A stretch of 64,000 nt of DNA from Haliotis cracherodii (Eukaryota). Shown here in pieces: positions 1-13,751 of the stretch. A program made the translations under genes and the position numbers. The stretch spans positions 3,472,001 to 3,536,000 of the forward strand of contig NW_027266284.1 in NCBI RefSeq assembly GCF_022045235.1, given 5' to 3'. The notes under the pieces were generated by a model that saw only the letters and a list, made by a program, of their open reading frames with translations, searched no databases and was not told where the DNA came from. How positions within the stretch are numbered: position 1 is the first letter of the stretch; every line of letters starts with the position of its first letter.

Positions 1-1294
1 ACCTGCACATCCACCTGTACTGGGCTTACATGACACAATGACATACTTCACAAACGGTATACACTAAAATATAATTAGGAATGATGTAATACTTCACTTA
101 AACAGATTCCAAAACCTTCAAATCCTTCCTGTACCAAGGCTGTGCTGAGTTCACTTTAAATGTTTCCAACACAATGTCGCAACCTCGATGAAATAAGTTG
201 AGAGGTAATCAAGTCGATATCTTTAATACATACCTTAACACATCAGATAATGCTTGAAGTCCTTGATCTGAATTTTATGCAAGAAAGCTCCAATTAAATT
301 TCCGCAATAAGCAAACTAGTTCCTTCTCTTTGGAACCAAATGACTGAGGTAATTATTTGTTCTCGAAGTGAATATGCCTTTATCTAAATTGAATACATTT
401 AAACTTCGGATTTTATCTAAGTAGTGTTTATACGTGTAAAGTATGTTTTGGTGGACACTGGAATCGTTTTTGTAGCGGCGTCGCTACATGGCTGAAATAT
501 TGCGGATGGAATGTTCAAACCACTCACTCAATGTCACTGTTATGTAACAATGACGAAGAGATATGTGCTTCAAATTGGGATTGTACCTCCTGTCAAGTTA
601 CGACAAGTTTATATACGCTGAGATACCGGTTTGTATGAAGAGGCTACGCCTCACAATCCCTCAATTCACTGGAGAAAAGTAATTGTTTTACTATAGATCT
701 GTGGAGGTCTGTGGCCAGCACCGTCTGACGTGGGTTACGGCAGCGTGGTGGGCACCATGTAGGCTTCATTAGATGAAGCAGATGAACAGACCGACGCAGT
801 GACACAAACCATGCTCGTCTCGGGAGCAAGATCGAAACAATCTTAATACTTTCTAAGACGAGCTTTGCTGTAAAGACGTTCAGGCGTGCATCTTACTTAA
901 TTAAGACGATTAAGAAATCTGAAACTGGAAAAGTGCTATAAACAAAATTTACCATGAGCTAGATGCAATCATATTTATGAAAACGATGCGTCTGGAATAG
1001 ATATAATTTTGCAGATGGGAAGAATGTATGCATATGTGACGAAAATAGAAGGGCTGTGTTGTGTTATTGTGGATGAGGGTTGTAAATGGCTGCAAAAATA
1101 CAAAGCCAGCGACAATACAGTTCAGCTGCTTGGCTCAACGTTCGAATTTCGAAGACGCCTCATTCAAAGGAAAGTCTTCCACTTTCCAAGAGTTCAGAAG
1201 AAGGACTTGATAACCCAGTGGTAACCACCCAGTGGTGATAAAGGTCTCGTTTGACGCAAGCTAAAACAGAATCGTCAAGGAATGACGCAATATG

Positions 1295-1423
1295 GAAGTC
1301 TTTATATAACCTGGACAGCCATATACACAACACCAACGCCTTCGGTTCACATGCTCTGAAGTCTTTATATAACCTGGACAGCCATATACACAACACCAAC
1401 CCCCTTCGGTTCACATGCTCTGA
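1295..1423 (+). repeat. 63-bp direct duplication (2 copies) inside a decayed C2H2 zinc-finger-like stretch
   Basis: GAAGTCTTTATATAACCTGGACAGCCATATACACAACACCAAC... starts at 1295 and 1358; the translation continues RFTCSECNCWF...IHQRIHSG. Confidence 0.7.
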
Positions 1424-1916
1424 ATGTAACTGTTGGTTCCTAAACACAGCAATGTTATGCACAGGAACTATAAAACAAGTACTACTGTGTATCCATCAGC
1501 GGATACACTCGGGAAATACTTTCCCATGGATTTTAGACATGCTTGGCTTGAGAACCTAAGACTATGAATTAATTATGAAGACATCTGATCTGTTTTTAGC
1601 CTGTGTATACCTAAATAGTGATCGATTTTCACATATATATTATAAAGTGGTCTTACTTTCCGTTTACATATATGAATTAATGCATCACTAACTTTGAATG
1701 TTGTATTTAATAACGAATTGTTCACTTTGGTCTACCCCGCGACTCCATCTCTTCAGATGCTCCTGTTCTTCTGTCCGCCCCGATCTCAGGATTTACCAAT
1801 CGCAATTGACTTTAGTTATAATATCCAAGCCCCTCACAGCTACATGTGCGCATAATTAATATCTTAGCATTCATTGGACTTATAATCAACAGTAATGTAC
1901 AGTGTAGGACAGTTCG

Positions 1917-2023
1917 GTTGTTTCTTTTATTGATTTGGTTTACGGATAGTTCGCAAAATATTTTTTCACTATTGTGAAAATTTGGGTCGGCGGATCCGTA
2001 AACCAGGCAATGAAAAATAGCAA
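1917..2023. repeat. Short inverted-repeat (MITE-like hairpin) element
   Basis: TGGTTTACGGAT (1936-1947) and ATCCGTAAACCA (1994-2005) form a perfect 12-bp inverted repeat with an imperfect outward extension. Confidence 0.55.
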
Positions 2024-3978
2024 GCTCGGCTTTTTGTGTCAGGCCGGTGATAGGGACGGAGACAACCGGTCAGACATCACAGGCCAAAGCACCAGTAAGT
2101 GTCTGATTATCCAGCGCTATCAAGACTAACAATCACAGTGCCGTCTCATTATAGATTAAACACATATTGAAGTGTCCTAGGGGTATGTCCATGCGGACAC
2201 CAACGGCGCAGTTAATCTAATGAACAATCTAGCTAATTCCTGAGATGACGTATACTTTAGCAATTCAGGCTTAAGTTCTATACGGCAGCAATCCAAATAT
2301 ACATGTTTTAAATCCTACCGGGGATCGCCCAACGAGATGGAGTGACCTGCCTTAGTCTCAAGGGTTGGCCTTAAAGGGCAGATAAGTCAGCAGCGGTGCA
2401 TGTCGCCGACCGCTCTCAAAAGATCCTCGTTGTACCTAAAGATGGTAAGAGAAAGGTTGAACGGTAATGACAGGAAATGAAAAGTGGTGAAAGGCTTTAA
2501 TTAGAACATGGAGCCTAAGATAATAATCTGCAATTTTGTAAATAAATGTTAGAAGCAGGAAATGAAGTCTGGATTTATTACCGGCTCGTGGTCTAATGAG
2601 CCAGGTGAATATCTTTCATCTTGAAGGGCGTACAGTGGGTGGCATCTCCTGATTAATGCATCTGGTTGTTATCAATGTGTATCAACTCGTATACCTTAAT
2701 CTAATTGAATCCTTAGTCATATATTGTCAAGAGCAAGCCTCTGTATTCTACTGATATCTGAATCTCGCGAATGATGTGAGGAAATATGCCTTGAAATAGC
2801 CATGTTCTCGAAAGGACATATATGATACATGCGGGGGCTACTTCAGCTGAAGACTGCTATTCCGGGTAATTGTCGAAAGAGGGTTTTGGAAAGAGAAAAT
2901 ATGGTGTTAACAGGTTTCAATGTCTTGGTCCCTGCATCATTTCTTGTTCAGGTCTGTGTTAGCGTATGTGGTGAAAGTTGCTGCCCGTCATATATCAGAG
3001 GGACTTGTGAGTCATTGCCAGACAGTACGTGGCTTGACTTTAAGCAGTGTTAACTTGATTGAGAGAGATAATAGTCGCAGGACGTAATTTGGGAAAGTGA
3101 ATTTATTACTATGCGGATTCTCTAAAACACAAGGTTTTTGCAATTTCAGAAAAGAACCTAGTTTGATTATTACAAAATATATATATTTTCAACTTTGTAC
3201 ACCCCTATCCCTTATGGCAAACTTAAGAAAAAGCTTTTCTTGATCCAAATGTTTTTGTTTTATTTCATTGCACGTGGAGATCACTACAGGTACACATCTG
3301 TCTTCAAAGGTTCAGGGTAATTGTCTACATGAAAGTAAATGTTATTTGAAGTTTTGCCGAGAAAACAATAAATGACAAAAACAACTTTTGAGGTACAATC
3401 GACTCATACGACGCTTGCTCAAAAGTTGTTTCATTTAAGTTACAACATGCAATGTCTCAGCTAGGCTTTCAAAAAGCTTTATGGTAGACATGTGTATATT
3501 TCCAAATTGGACGCATCTGTGACAAACATGATGTCATGCAATTCCCAATTTGGACTTGTACCATATCTTCCCGTGTTTTTCAGGGGAACAATTGAGTTGC
3601 CTTTGCATGTGTTTGCAACGACTGCAAGAGGTGGGGCATGAAACGCTCACGTTGTTCACAAACACTTTTTGACAGTGTTTCCTAAACACATGCTTATGAC
3701 TTAGTCGAAAGACAACAGACTCTGTTTTTGGGAGAGATTACTTGTCGTCATGGAAAGGGTTGTTTGGCTGTTATTTACCTGTGAACAGTCACACCGGATA
3801 TGTCTTTTCCTCGTTTTTATGTTACGATTGTAACACTTTGCCAAACTTGCATCAGGAACATGCACCCAGTCGACACTAGTATCCAGTTTCAGATTGTATA
3901 TATAGATATATTTCTTTGTATATAATTGCTGCACGGCTACACCAGACACTAATGTCCCACTTTCTACCTTACAGAATC

Positions 3979-4080
3979 ATGGATGTGACTACAACCACCG
4001 TCCTCGGCTCACTTCTGCTCGCTTTGTTGGCAGTGGCGACATCTAGCGGGCTCCCAGCAGATGAAGGCAGACTGGATGAG
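3979..4080 (+). CDS. whitnin: Whitnin/PKYMDT neuropeptide precursor, coding exon 1 (signal peptide + LPADEGR)
   Basis: Acceptor ...ccttacAG at 3973-3974, ATG at 3979, MDVTTTTVLGSLLLALLAVATSSG-LPADEGRLDE with a hydrophobic signal peptide; donor GTACGG at 4081, phase 0. Confidence 0.92.
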
Positions 4081-6577
4081 GTACGGGAATTATCTGTTTA
4101 CTTAAACATGTTCTGGATCGTTGAATAACGCCCACTATTGGATAATAGGATACGAATTTCGTCATCTTTCTCCCCATCACCACTAATTCTTCTCACAACA
4201 GTAGGCAAGGCTAACAGATTCGTGACAATGCGAGTTGCGACCGACAATTGCGGGTTCGAACCCTAGATTCGCCCTGATTAGGGATCTTGGTTTGTCAATC
4301 TACGGACGGCATCACTTCGGGCTATCCTCCCACATCAAGCTTACATACCATAATGTTGCTACTTCCATGTCCCTCAACGCTCCCTCCCATACTGCTACTG
4401 CCATGTTTATCTCCCCCCCCCCCCCCCCCTCTCTCTCTCCTCCCTCTCCCTCCCGTTTTGCTTTGACCACCTGCAACAACGCAGTTTGCGAAAGAGGATT
4501 TAAAAATTGATTTTGAAAGGATTAACTTTCAGTTAGTCTTGCTGCGAACCCCCAATCTCTTTCGACATTTTATCACGTAAAGCATTAAGTTTAACGCATG
4601 CAGCTTTCATAAACAGTCGACAGGACCCAGGTTGAAGAGTTAAAGAATCAATGTTTGTGAATACTAAAGCAGTAATGTATACCTGCACATGATGCGCCGA
4701 TCCTCGCGATATATCGGGGGAAATCAATAAACTCATCGATCATGCAAATATTTCCATGACAATTATTATCAAGGATAAGAAGAACTGAGCAATACATGGC
4801 ACACACGGGTACTCTAGACACAGTAACACATAAAGGAAACACTGAATAATTCAGTCCTAATTCATACAAAAACGTTGGAAATTGAATCTTTATAGCGAGA
4901 TGCGCAGCAACAATCTTACTGTCAGCTGATGCCCTCATGCATTATTTGTTGGGTGGTGGTTTATTGTAAAGACATAATGCTATGCTGCCGTTCCCAATTT
5001 CCTTGCACACAGAAACTGATCCTCAGGGGCGAGGCGAGTGTCCCAGGGGGAGTCACACCAATCATTCAATATAGATAAAGCTGTCATAGACACCGATAGT
5101 TGTCAGTGTCACACTCCGGGCGGTTCTCGTGTGGAACAGAATTCTGACACCGCGAGAAATAATTGTCACCAGTACCATTGCAAGAATTCGTTTGATATAA
5201 GTTTGTCAATTCCGATTCCCGTGATCCTGGATTTGCGGACTTGAATTGCATTGGCGATTATATTAAATAAATGTTAAAGCCATACCCGAAGGTGCAAAAC
5301 ATAGTCAAATTGATTACCTTGATAATTTATAACATGATAGTACTGGGGTAACCAGAGAGTCAGCACCGAGACAGACCCCCTTGACTGTCGAGTAGTCGAC
5401 ATTGCTTCCAATAGAACTGGTGGGCACGGGTGACCTAGTCGTCAAAGGCGCCGCAATACGCTGAGTTACGTCCCTTGGGCACGCCAGAAACCTATGATTG
5501 TGCACCATGCCCTATGCTTGTGGGTTTCACCAAAGAGGTAAACGTCTGAGACCAGCAGACCAGGCTTTCCCCCCACATCAAGCTGACACACCGTGATATA
5601 TGTGGACTATTGCTCAATGCGGGGTTGAGCTCACTCACTCACTCACTCAACCTCTGTAGTGGTCCTCTGTAGTCATCACACCAGGGCCGTCTGTGATGGT
5701 GTATCAGCCGTAAGGATTACTTGTGACCAACCCCCAAAAAACCCCACAAATTTGAAGAGTTTGAAAGATCGACTGATCAACACACGATTAAGAAACGTGG
5801 ACGTTTTACTCCCAAATCCCAATAAGATCTTCATGACTCTTGGCATCACACCTTGGCAAAGTTAAAAGCACTTCTTTTTGCAAATTAAAATCGTTTCATT
5901 TTAGTGTTGTTAAAAGCTCATTCATCAAGGGACTATTGCCAGTATGCTGTCATCATGCATTTTCAAACAAAGTATTCTATGCTTGTCGGATGATCGCGGG
6001 ATCGCACAGGAATCATCCATCACTGTTCACTACAGATCAGTCAACCTATCGTGCAGAACTTCTGCATCTAGCGTCTGCTGTATCCGCAGCTGAGAAAGAT
6101 TTTCTTACCAACTAAATTCGGAAATGTAAAACATGTATGATTACAAAGTGCATTACTGCCTACACTTATACACGTCAACTGCTTTGTGCCTAATAAAGTC
6201 AAATGCTGCGATGTCAAGTACATTTTCCCATGATCAAATAGTTAAGGTAGGCTTCCCGTAAAAGTGCGATGGAGTGTTATGAACGTCAGAGATAATGGTA
6301 AGAGCGGGTGGTCCCCCACGGTTATCAGCGTTTATGGTAAATAGTCTTGAAGTGGCTATAGGTGTCGTTGACGTTGTAACATGTGGTTGGTGGTGAAACA
6401 ACGATGTTGAATGTTGTGTGGAAGGGTGCAATGAATAGTATTTATCGATAGCGACGCTACAGTTGCAGTAAACTGTCAGACACTTGCCTTTAGAGAAGCG
6501 GCAATTGTCTGTGACGAAGTGACGAAGTGGCGTTTCTTGTGGCAGTCACTTTTTTGTAGTCGCCAATATTAATCATG

Positions 6578-6704
6578 AATGGTGATAGTAAACAATCAGT
6601 TGTGACGAATCGTCAATGGTGATAGTAAACAATCAGTTGTGACGAATCGTCAATGGTCATAGTAAACAATCAGTTGTGACGAATCGTCAATGGTCATAGT
6701 AAAC
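6578..6704. repeat. 37-bp minisatellite, about 3.4 copies
   Basis: AATGGTGATAGTAAACAATCAGTTGTGACGAATCGTC at 6578, 6615, 6652 and a partial copy at 6689. Confidence 0.95.
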
Positions 6705-7062
6705 TCATTGTTCGACTAAACTGAGGATCCTGTAGACACAATGTGTCACCAGATAGATGACGTGGCGTGGTACTCCGACAGCAGGGGACATTGTTCATGC
6801 TAACATCCCTTCATTTTAACGCGATTATTGTTTAGGCAATACGTGTACCTTATGGTAGGATTGGTCGTAGTAGTAGTTGTAGAAAAGGTGCAGTTACAGA
6901 TGCAGTTTTCAGACGAAACAGCGTGACAAAAATAGCAGCTACATCGAGAGTCACACAGAGAGCAGCAACAGTAGATAAAGATGGAGGTGGTAGAGTCTGC
7001 TGCACTTCCGCAGTTACATGGATCCTAAAGTATATACAATATTTGCTTTGTTATCTTGACAG

Positions 7063-7158
7063 GCTAGCCTTGCAGCAGAAAAACGACCAAAGTACATGGA
7101 CACACGCCAAGAGGACTTTGAGATGGTCAAACAGACAGTATTGATAGCCATGGAAGAG
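7063..7158 (+). CDS. whitnin: Whitnin/PKYMDT precursor, coding exon 2 (contains KR-PKYMDT-R)
   Basis: ttgacAG|GCT...GAG|GTGAGT; ASLAAEKRPKYMDTRQEDFEMVKQTVLIAMEE. PKYMDT is the known molluscan proctolin-like peptide, flanked here by basic cleavage sites. Confidence 0.95.
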
Positions 7159-7328
7159 GTGAGTTGAAACAATCACTTACTGTTTATCGTAGTGATAAAT
7201 TAGACTGCTTAAGTTGTATTTACTTTGCCGTGTTTGGAACGTTCGTGCACTATCCTTCAATAAGGAACCTTTCCCTAAAGGCCTGTACAGGGCTGGTAGG
7301 TGTAAGCTCAGTGTTTGTGTAGGACTCT

Positions 7329-7544
7329 TTTGTTTGTTTGTTGTTTAACGCCGCACTCAGCAATATTCCAGTTATATGACGGTGGTCTGTCAATATTTGA
7401 GTTTGGCCAGACTATCCAGTGATTGACATCATGAGCATCGATCCACGCTGTTGGGACACGATGACATGCATCCCGATCACGTTAGTCACCTTTTACGACA
7501 TGCATGGGTTGCTGAAGACCTATTCTACCCCGGATCTTCACGGG
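7329..7544 (-). mobile_element. SINE-like element, family A (CCCGTGAAGATCCGGG head, (CAAA)n tail)
   Basis: Reverse complement matches the copies at 30651, 61790 and 63296. Confidence 0.85.
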
Positions 7545-7871
7545 AGCGTGGGAGCCTAGATAGGTCATGTATGATTTCGGGATAGTGACACGGCTGGCGG
7601 TTAAGGTATCGGCTCGTCATATCGTTCATTACAAATCGTTTCGGTTCACATCAAAATTTGAGAAGACCGTTCTTGATGTCCTCCGCCGTGATTTGACTGA
7701 CATATTGCTGAAAGCGGCGTAAAACGAAAAGCACTATTGAAATAGTGCAAATTTATATGAACATCTTCAGACATAACTTCACCTGCTTGGACTCCAAGAC
7801 AGACACCAGACAGCTCTCGTGAGACCCCATTACAGTGGGAACTGCTCACAATTTGTAACCCGCCCTTTTTA

Positions 7872-7903
7872 ACAAAGCGATGTTAGATCTAAGATCGCTT
7901 TGT
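7872..7903. repeat. 32-bp near-perfect palindrome (miniature inverted-repeat element core)
   Basis: ACAAAGCGATGTTAGA|TCTAAGATCGCTTTGT, 15 of 16 pairs; a related degenerate copy lies near 8815-8920. Confidence 0.65.
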
Positions 7904-9055
7904 GGAACGGGCCCTGACAGATTGCTAGTCATCAAGCCCAAACAGCGTGGCTCGGTGCTCGTGTTGTCAACCACTGTTTCACCCATATCCGACCCAATAA
8001 TAAGCCCGCCACCGTGTTATGACTTGAATACTGACTGGACTGCGGCGTAAAACAACTGTCACCCACTCCCTAGGGTCCTCGTTAGTATATTGGTTGAGAA
8101 CCAACATTGTAACAACAGTTAAAAAGAATTCCACAGTGACGGGACGGATCGTGTAGTAAGTGATGTTTGTAGATAAAACGGTTCCAGATTGACTCCTACA
8201 ATTGTTGCCAATTGTCCCATTGTAGGATTCAGTGACTGTGTTTTACAATCGCTCCCGAATGCTCCTGGTCGATGGATATCTAACCATGCGTGTTTCGTGT
8301 GTCATCAGACAACTACTCCTTTCACACAATACGAGATCCATCAGTGATGCGTAGTAGATGTCATGTTGTGAATAATTCACACACAGTGCGGGATGCACGA
8401 GTCCTATGTCGGCTATGTTTAGACTTGTTTTGTGCATTAGATGAATTAGACATTTCAAATCGGGTCAACAAATACTCTCATGGGAACAAGGAGTCATAGC
8501 TAGAATATGTTTCGAAAATACAAAAAATGAGATGATCCGTAGCATCAGTTGTAAATTGGACTTCACCATAAGCATGTGGTAAGACAATGTTACACGCTAA
8601 TGCATGGATTAGTACAATAAAACTGTCGTGAATCAATCAGTCTTAAACACTACTTAGCCTAAAGATAAAAAAAATAGAATTCGAATGGGGTTCCCTTTTA
8701 ACTACATAATGTTTGTAGAGAAAATATTCAATGACAGTGCGGCATCAATAGCTGATTGTACAAGTCTGTAGTAGTAACATCAGAATTACAAATTTACAGT
8801 TTACAATATATGGACCCTGTTTCACTAGCGATCTTAGCCCCGCGGCTGTCGTACGTCACATCCCTGTACACAGACTGTCGGGACTCGCAGTGTACCAATT
8901 GTTTTGAGAAACGCAGCCGTGGTGAGCTAGGTCAGCAAGACGTATGAATAAAACAATAGATTCACGTTTCACATTAACCTGCATAAATGTTTAACACGCA
9001 TTGGTAATATGTATTAATTGAATACATTCACAAACATTCACACATGATCACTATA

Positions 9056-9410
9056 TCAACCCCTCTGAGCCAGCGTGCTACATCACGACTTGACATTGGT
9101 CTCTGAAACCTGAGATTTCACAGTCTCAACAAGCCCTCTGAGCCAGCGTGCGACATCACGACTTGACATTGGTCTCTGAAACCTGAGATTTCACAGTCTC
9201 AACAAGCCCTCTGAGCCAGCGTGCGACATCACGACTTGACATTGGTCTCTGAAACCTGAGATTTCACAGTCTCAACAAGCCCTCTGAGCCAGCGTGCGAC
9301 ATCTAGACTTGACATTGGTCTCTGAAACCTGAGTCTTCACTGCCTCAACAAGCCCTCTGAGCCAGCGTGCGACATCACGACTTGACATTGGTCTCTGAAA
9401 CCTGAAATTT
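9056..9410. repeat. 73-bp minisatellite, about 4.7 copies
   Basis: CCCTCTGAGCCAGCGTGCGACATCACGACTTGACATTGG... at 9061, 9134, 9207, 9280 and 9353. Confidence 0.95.
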
Positions 9411-12400
9411 CCCATCCAACACCTACTGGTTTCATCTTTGCCTCACAATCTTTTAATGGGACACAAATCGCCTTACCCCTACTAAATGTGCTTCCTTAAG
9501 TCCCCCTGAGACAGAAACGATGTCGGATACAACTACAAACAATCCCTTGTCACTGTTTTAGACATGTTCACGTCTTTGGCTGTCACCTTACCGACTTGTC
9601 ACTTCTCCATTCCTTAAGCACCTTAAGTTGTGTTTGCGTTACTGCATGTCGCTGGGTATCAGTTTGAAGATAAACGCCTCGTAAACTTATTTAATTGCAG
9701 GTCATGTTTTCTTTTAATTCATCACACAATGTTTGTCGGACTTGGTTGAATGACATGTGGCTTTTTCTTCATCCCAGTGTGGTGTTTTTAGTGTCTCTCG
9801 GTGATTTCTCTTCGATCTAATCTCACGATCAGCTTCTGGAAATGAATACATTGAAGAGGGTGTCAGACAGCCCAAGTAGAGCTCCTCCCATTTTGAAATG
9901 AGAAAATGTCTGTCCTCTGCTCATTAACCATAGGATATCTGACTTTCTACACGATACATTTCAAGTGACCGTAGTCTCTAAGTGATCCTAAAAGGAGCCT
10001 GAAAGAGTTATATTCTGAAAAATATAAAAGTAGAAATATCTAAAAAGACGCTCCCAAATTATATATAATAGTTACATATATATAGCACGGGGTTTTCTTT
10101 TCTTTATGTCGGTTATTACCAACACACAAAATAATTTTTCAATCTAGTGTTTATAATCTTCTCTTTCCTTTCTTTCACTTAAAGGATAAACATAAACAAT
10201 ATTTAAAACACAGTCATTTGGCTGTAATAGATTAATAATATAATTACGTTATGACTATGAAATTAAAACCGGTTGATACTGTTTAAAAACAGTTCGACCT
10301 GTGAGTAATGTTCAGCTTAATCTCCTTAACCGCTGAATTTTATCCATTACATTATATTCAATCCATTCACGTTTCGAAAGTGCCATCTGGACTTCTACTT
10401 AAATTGATGACCAATTTGTATGCTTTAAGCGAATACATCTCCAAAACACAGGCTAACACAGCAGTCTCTGCAGACATGGCTGTCGGAAGTGACTGATCTC
10501 TTCTCATCTCAATATTAATGTCGATACGTTTTACAGATTGGTTTTCTGTTAAGATCTTCAGTTTTCAGATGGATGTCACGTGAATATAGTAAATTTAAAA
10601 GGGAAAAGGTGGAATTGAACTTGATCTGTTTGCATTTAGCTGAGAAATGTTGATATTGATTTCAGAGAATTCCTTTTAAAATCGATGAATATATTGATCC
10701 CAAAAGAATGTTTTAGGAAATGGGAAGTGAAATAAAGATGGTTTTCATTTACATAAAGTTTGGATTAGATGGGTAAAGGAAATACTTTAAATTGCAGTTA
10801 CAGTTGCCAAGGCATCATCCCAACGTTCATGTTACATAGAGGATTATCTAGCATGAATAGATTACAATAGAAATCCCAGGTGCATATGGCATGTGTGTGC
10901 ATGTGTATATCTGCGTGGTGTCAAGCAATAAGAGATGTTATACAAATCCAATTAGAGCTATGTTTTATTGCTGTTATGGGGGGCGGGGTGTAAAAATGGA
11001 ATCATTCTAATGTTCTTTCTGCCGCGACGCGATGTTGACTGACAATACAGATGCTGACTGACAATACAGATGTTGACTGGCAATACAGGAGATTATATTT
11101 CCATGCTGTTGTATTCTGTCCACTATACTCACCTCAGTTATTGAGGAAAGCAGGGGGAGCGGCCGGTAATGATCGAGAACAAGCTGTATGTATGGCGTGA
11201 AACACAGAAACTGATCCATTGAAAAGAGAAACATTTGAAAAGAAAAAGAATGAATGACGGAATCGAATTACCACATTCAGTCGATTGGTCCCAGGGATGT
11301 TGATGGCAATGCGGTGATCCGTTAGGAGGAGATAAATATACAAACCTCAGTTATGGCTTTAGAAAGTATTTATTCAGTATCGGATCGTGTCATTATGACA
11401 CGTGGCGCTGGCGACAATTTGGGGAGTAATACGCTTTGCAGATAACATAATAAAATAATGATGGTACTCCCCACAGTAGCGAGAGTGACTGAAGTAGCGT
11501 CATCAAACGGTGCCTGTCATATCAGACCACAGATATAATCCAACAACAAAGAAATCATATGTTCTCTGTTAATTCTTTCGTTTCCTTTGGCCTAGCTTCC
11601 CCCATATCATCATACGGCATCTCCAATAGAATCTCACTGTGAGGCTACACAAACTGTTCCAAAGGCCATGCCGAAAAAACAATCGATAATTTCTTAACTG
11701 GCAAAGTATTATTGGATGGCGAGGAATAAACTCGATGAGCAGTCCGAAGCTGCTGATTCTGATGTCGTCTACTGCGCTCAATACAGCTATCGCCGTTAAT
11801 GGACGTCCCATGAGCACCATGTCAACACTGTACGGGGGACTTTTTCACCATTGTAATCAAACAAGTGTACATAGGAACATAAATCAATGACGAAATACAC
11901 AAGGGACGAGAGAGACTATTGGTCACGTGATATGCTTTATGTGCACACGTCACATACGTCAAACATAAATCCGTGACGTAAACAACAAAGAACTGCAACA
12001 GCAGGTCCCAAATCACTTTTCCACAATGGAGCTGTAGAACCTGGTGATAAGTTGTCACACTGAACACAGCGCCCCATGATACGATTGACACCGAACTATT
12101 TGAGTTGTCAGGACGAACACGCCACCTGATTACACTATTGACACCGAACTATTCACGTAGAAATTACGAGTCGAATATGAAAGCTAAATGAATTCGCCGA
12201 GCAAGTAATTCTACTCCTATGTGAGAAAAACTCTGAATTTTTATGCGGCTTCATCACGTTAATGTATTGTGTCCCGGCTGGTGCCCTTTTAGCATGTATC
12301 GGCCTGCGATGTCAATTAATATCGTAGCACAGTGACATGGCATCGGCATTTTCTGTGATCATATGTCATAAAGCAGCATGGCGTTGGTGCCTCGTTCCAT

Positions 12401-13197
12401 TCCTCGGAAGCTATTGCACAGCCGCCGAGTTTGTCTTATCGCTCGACTAGATTTAATTAAGAAACATTTGATTCGTTTCAGGGGAATAAAGTAAGTTGTT
12501 AAAGAGGAAAGCGCAGAATTGGTTCAGAATAATACATTATTGTTTGATTTTCGATTCATTTACTGTGAGCGTTGCAGACAGACGGGTACTGCTGCAGTTC
12601 TCGGTGGAGCGATACACGTTGATTGCATAAACACAGTTGGACTGATTCAATGACTGGTACAATTATTAAGACAAATACTACTCAAGAGAAGTTAAGGAAC
12701 ACTTGATGTTTTCATATGACTCTAGTTAATACGTCTTGCCCGGTGGGCTTGCAACACACAGCCTTCAAATTGTAGCATATTTATTTCAAAGTGACATAAT
12801 TCCTTCGGCCTGGACTGGGGATACTGGCACAGTGATATTGACCATTGTTTCGACAATGTTATGGAGTGGTAATGACTATGATGTGGTATGGAGTGGTACT
12901 AGGCTGTGGCATGATTGGTATTCCCTTTATGAAAGGTACTAAATGACTATGATGTGGTGTGGGGTTATATTGACAGATGTGGCAATCAATGTTTCTACGA
13001 GTTGATATTCAGTGATATTGCCAATGGTATGGTATTGATTGGTACTAGCTATATGACGGGTACTGAATGGAATTGACTATGATGAAGTACTAAGGACTGA
13101 TGTTGCATTCATTGGCATTGACTATGATGTGGTTTTGGGGGGTCTTGTGATATTCAGTGATATTGTCATGACACGGTATTGAATGGTTGTGTTCCAG

Positions 13198-13336
13198 CTG
13201 GTCCAGGAAGGCAAGTTGAACCCCAGTGTGCTGGCCGGGGGACAGGGCAGTAAGCCCGTGGAGAAGAGGATGTACATGGGCATCTGTATGCGGCAGTCTC
13301 ACAACCACTTCATCCCATACCCCTGCATGAGGAGCG
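13198..13336 (+). CDS. whitnin: Whitnin/PKYMDT precursor, coding exon 3 (C-terminal Cys-bridged YMGICM peptide)
   Basis: ttccAG|CTG; LVQEGKLNPSVLAGGQGSKPVEKR-MYMGICMRQSHNHFIPYPCMRS. The YMGICM motif is typical of SPTR/whitnin precursors; donor G|GTCAGT, phase 1. Confidence 0.93.
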
Positions 13337-13343
13337 GTCAGTA

Positions 13344-13449
13344 GGGCTGGGTCGGGTCGGGTCGGGGCGGGGCGTGTCGGGGCGGGCTGGGGCGGTGTGG
13401 GCAGGGGCTGGTATGGGCTGGGGATTCGGGCTGGGCTGGATGTAGGGCT
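13344..13449 (+). repeat. G-triplet-rich pentamer tract at the 5' end of the last whitnin intron
   Basis: (GGGCT/GGGTC/GGGGC)n immediately after the exon 3 donor. Confidence 0.8.
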
Positions 13450-13751
13450 GTTGACAGCCGTGTCCTATATATAAGGACCATGGTAGACATGGTCTTGGGA
13501 CTCATTTGTGACCTCATTAAAATCCAAAATATCATGAATATTTATGGCGATACCATAAAAGCATAATCTCGTATATTAGCAGCATCGTGAATGCTTTGAC
13601 CTGGAACCTGTTCGCAGTTAGCCTTATGCAAATGGACAGGTTGCATCTCATCACGGCTCTCATATACGCAGTTTGTATTTCGATCATCAGTATACTAGTA
13701 AATCATGATTACATAACGATAATAACTAATATATATTTGTATCCATTTCAG

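Noticed and set aside
2040-2450. Candidate non-coding first exon of whitnin (donor-like GTAAGT at about 2095 and GTAAGA at about 2444)
   Set aside because: An upstream exon is likely because an acceptor precedes the ATG, but it cannot be chosen without transcript data. The 2444 option would add an out-of-frame ATG.
11570-12090. Possible ISXO2/Merlin transposase remnant on -
   Set aside because: Only scattered weak motif resemblance; not supportable by eye.
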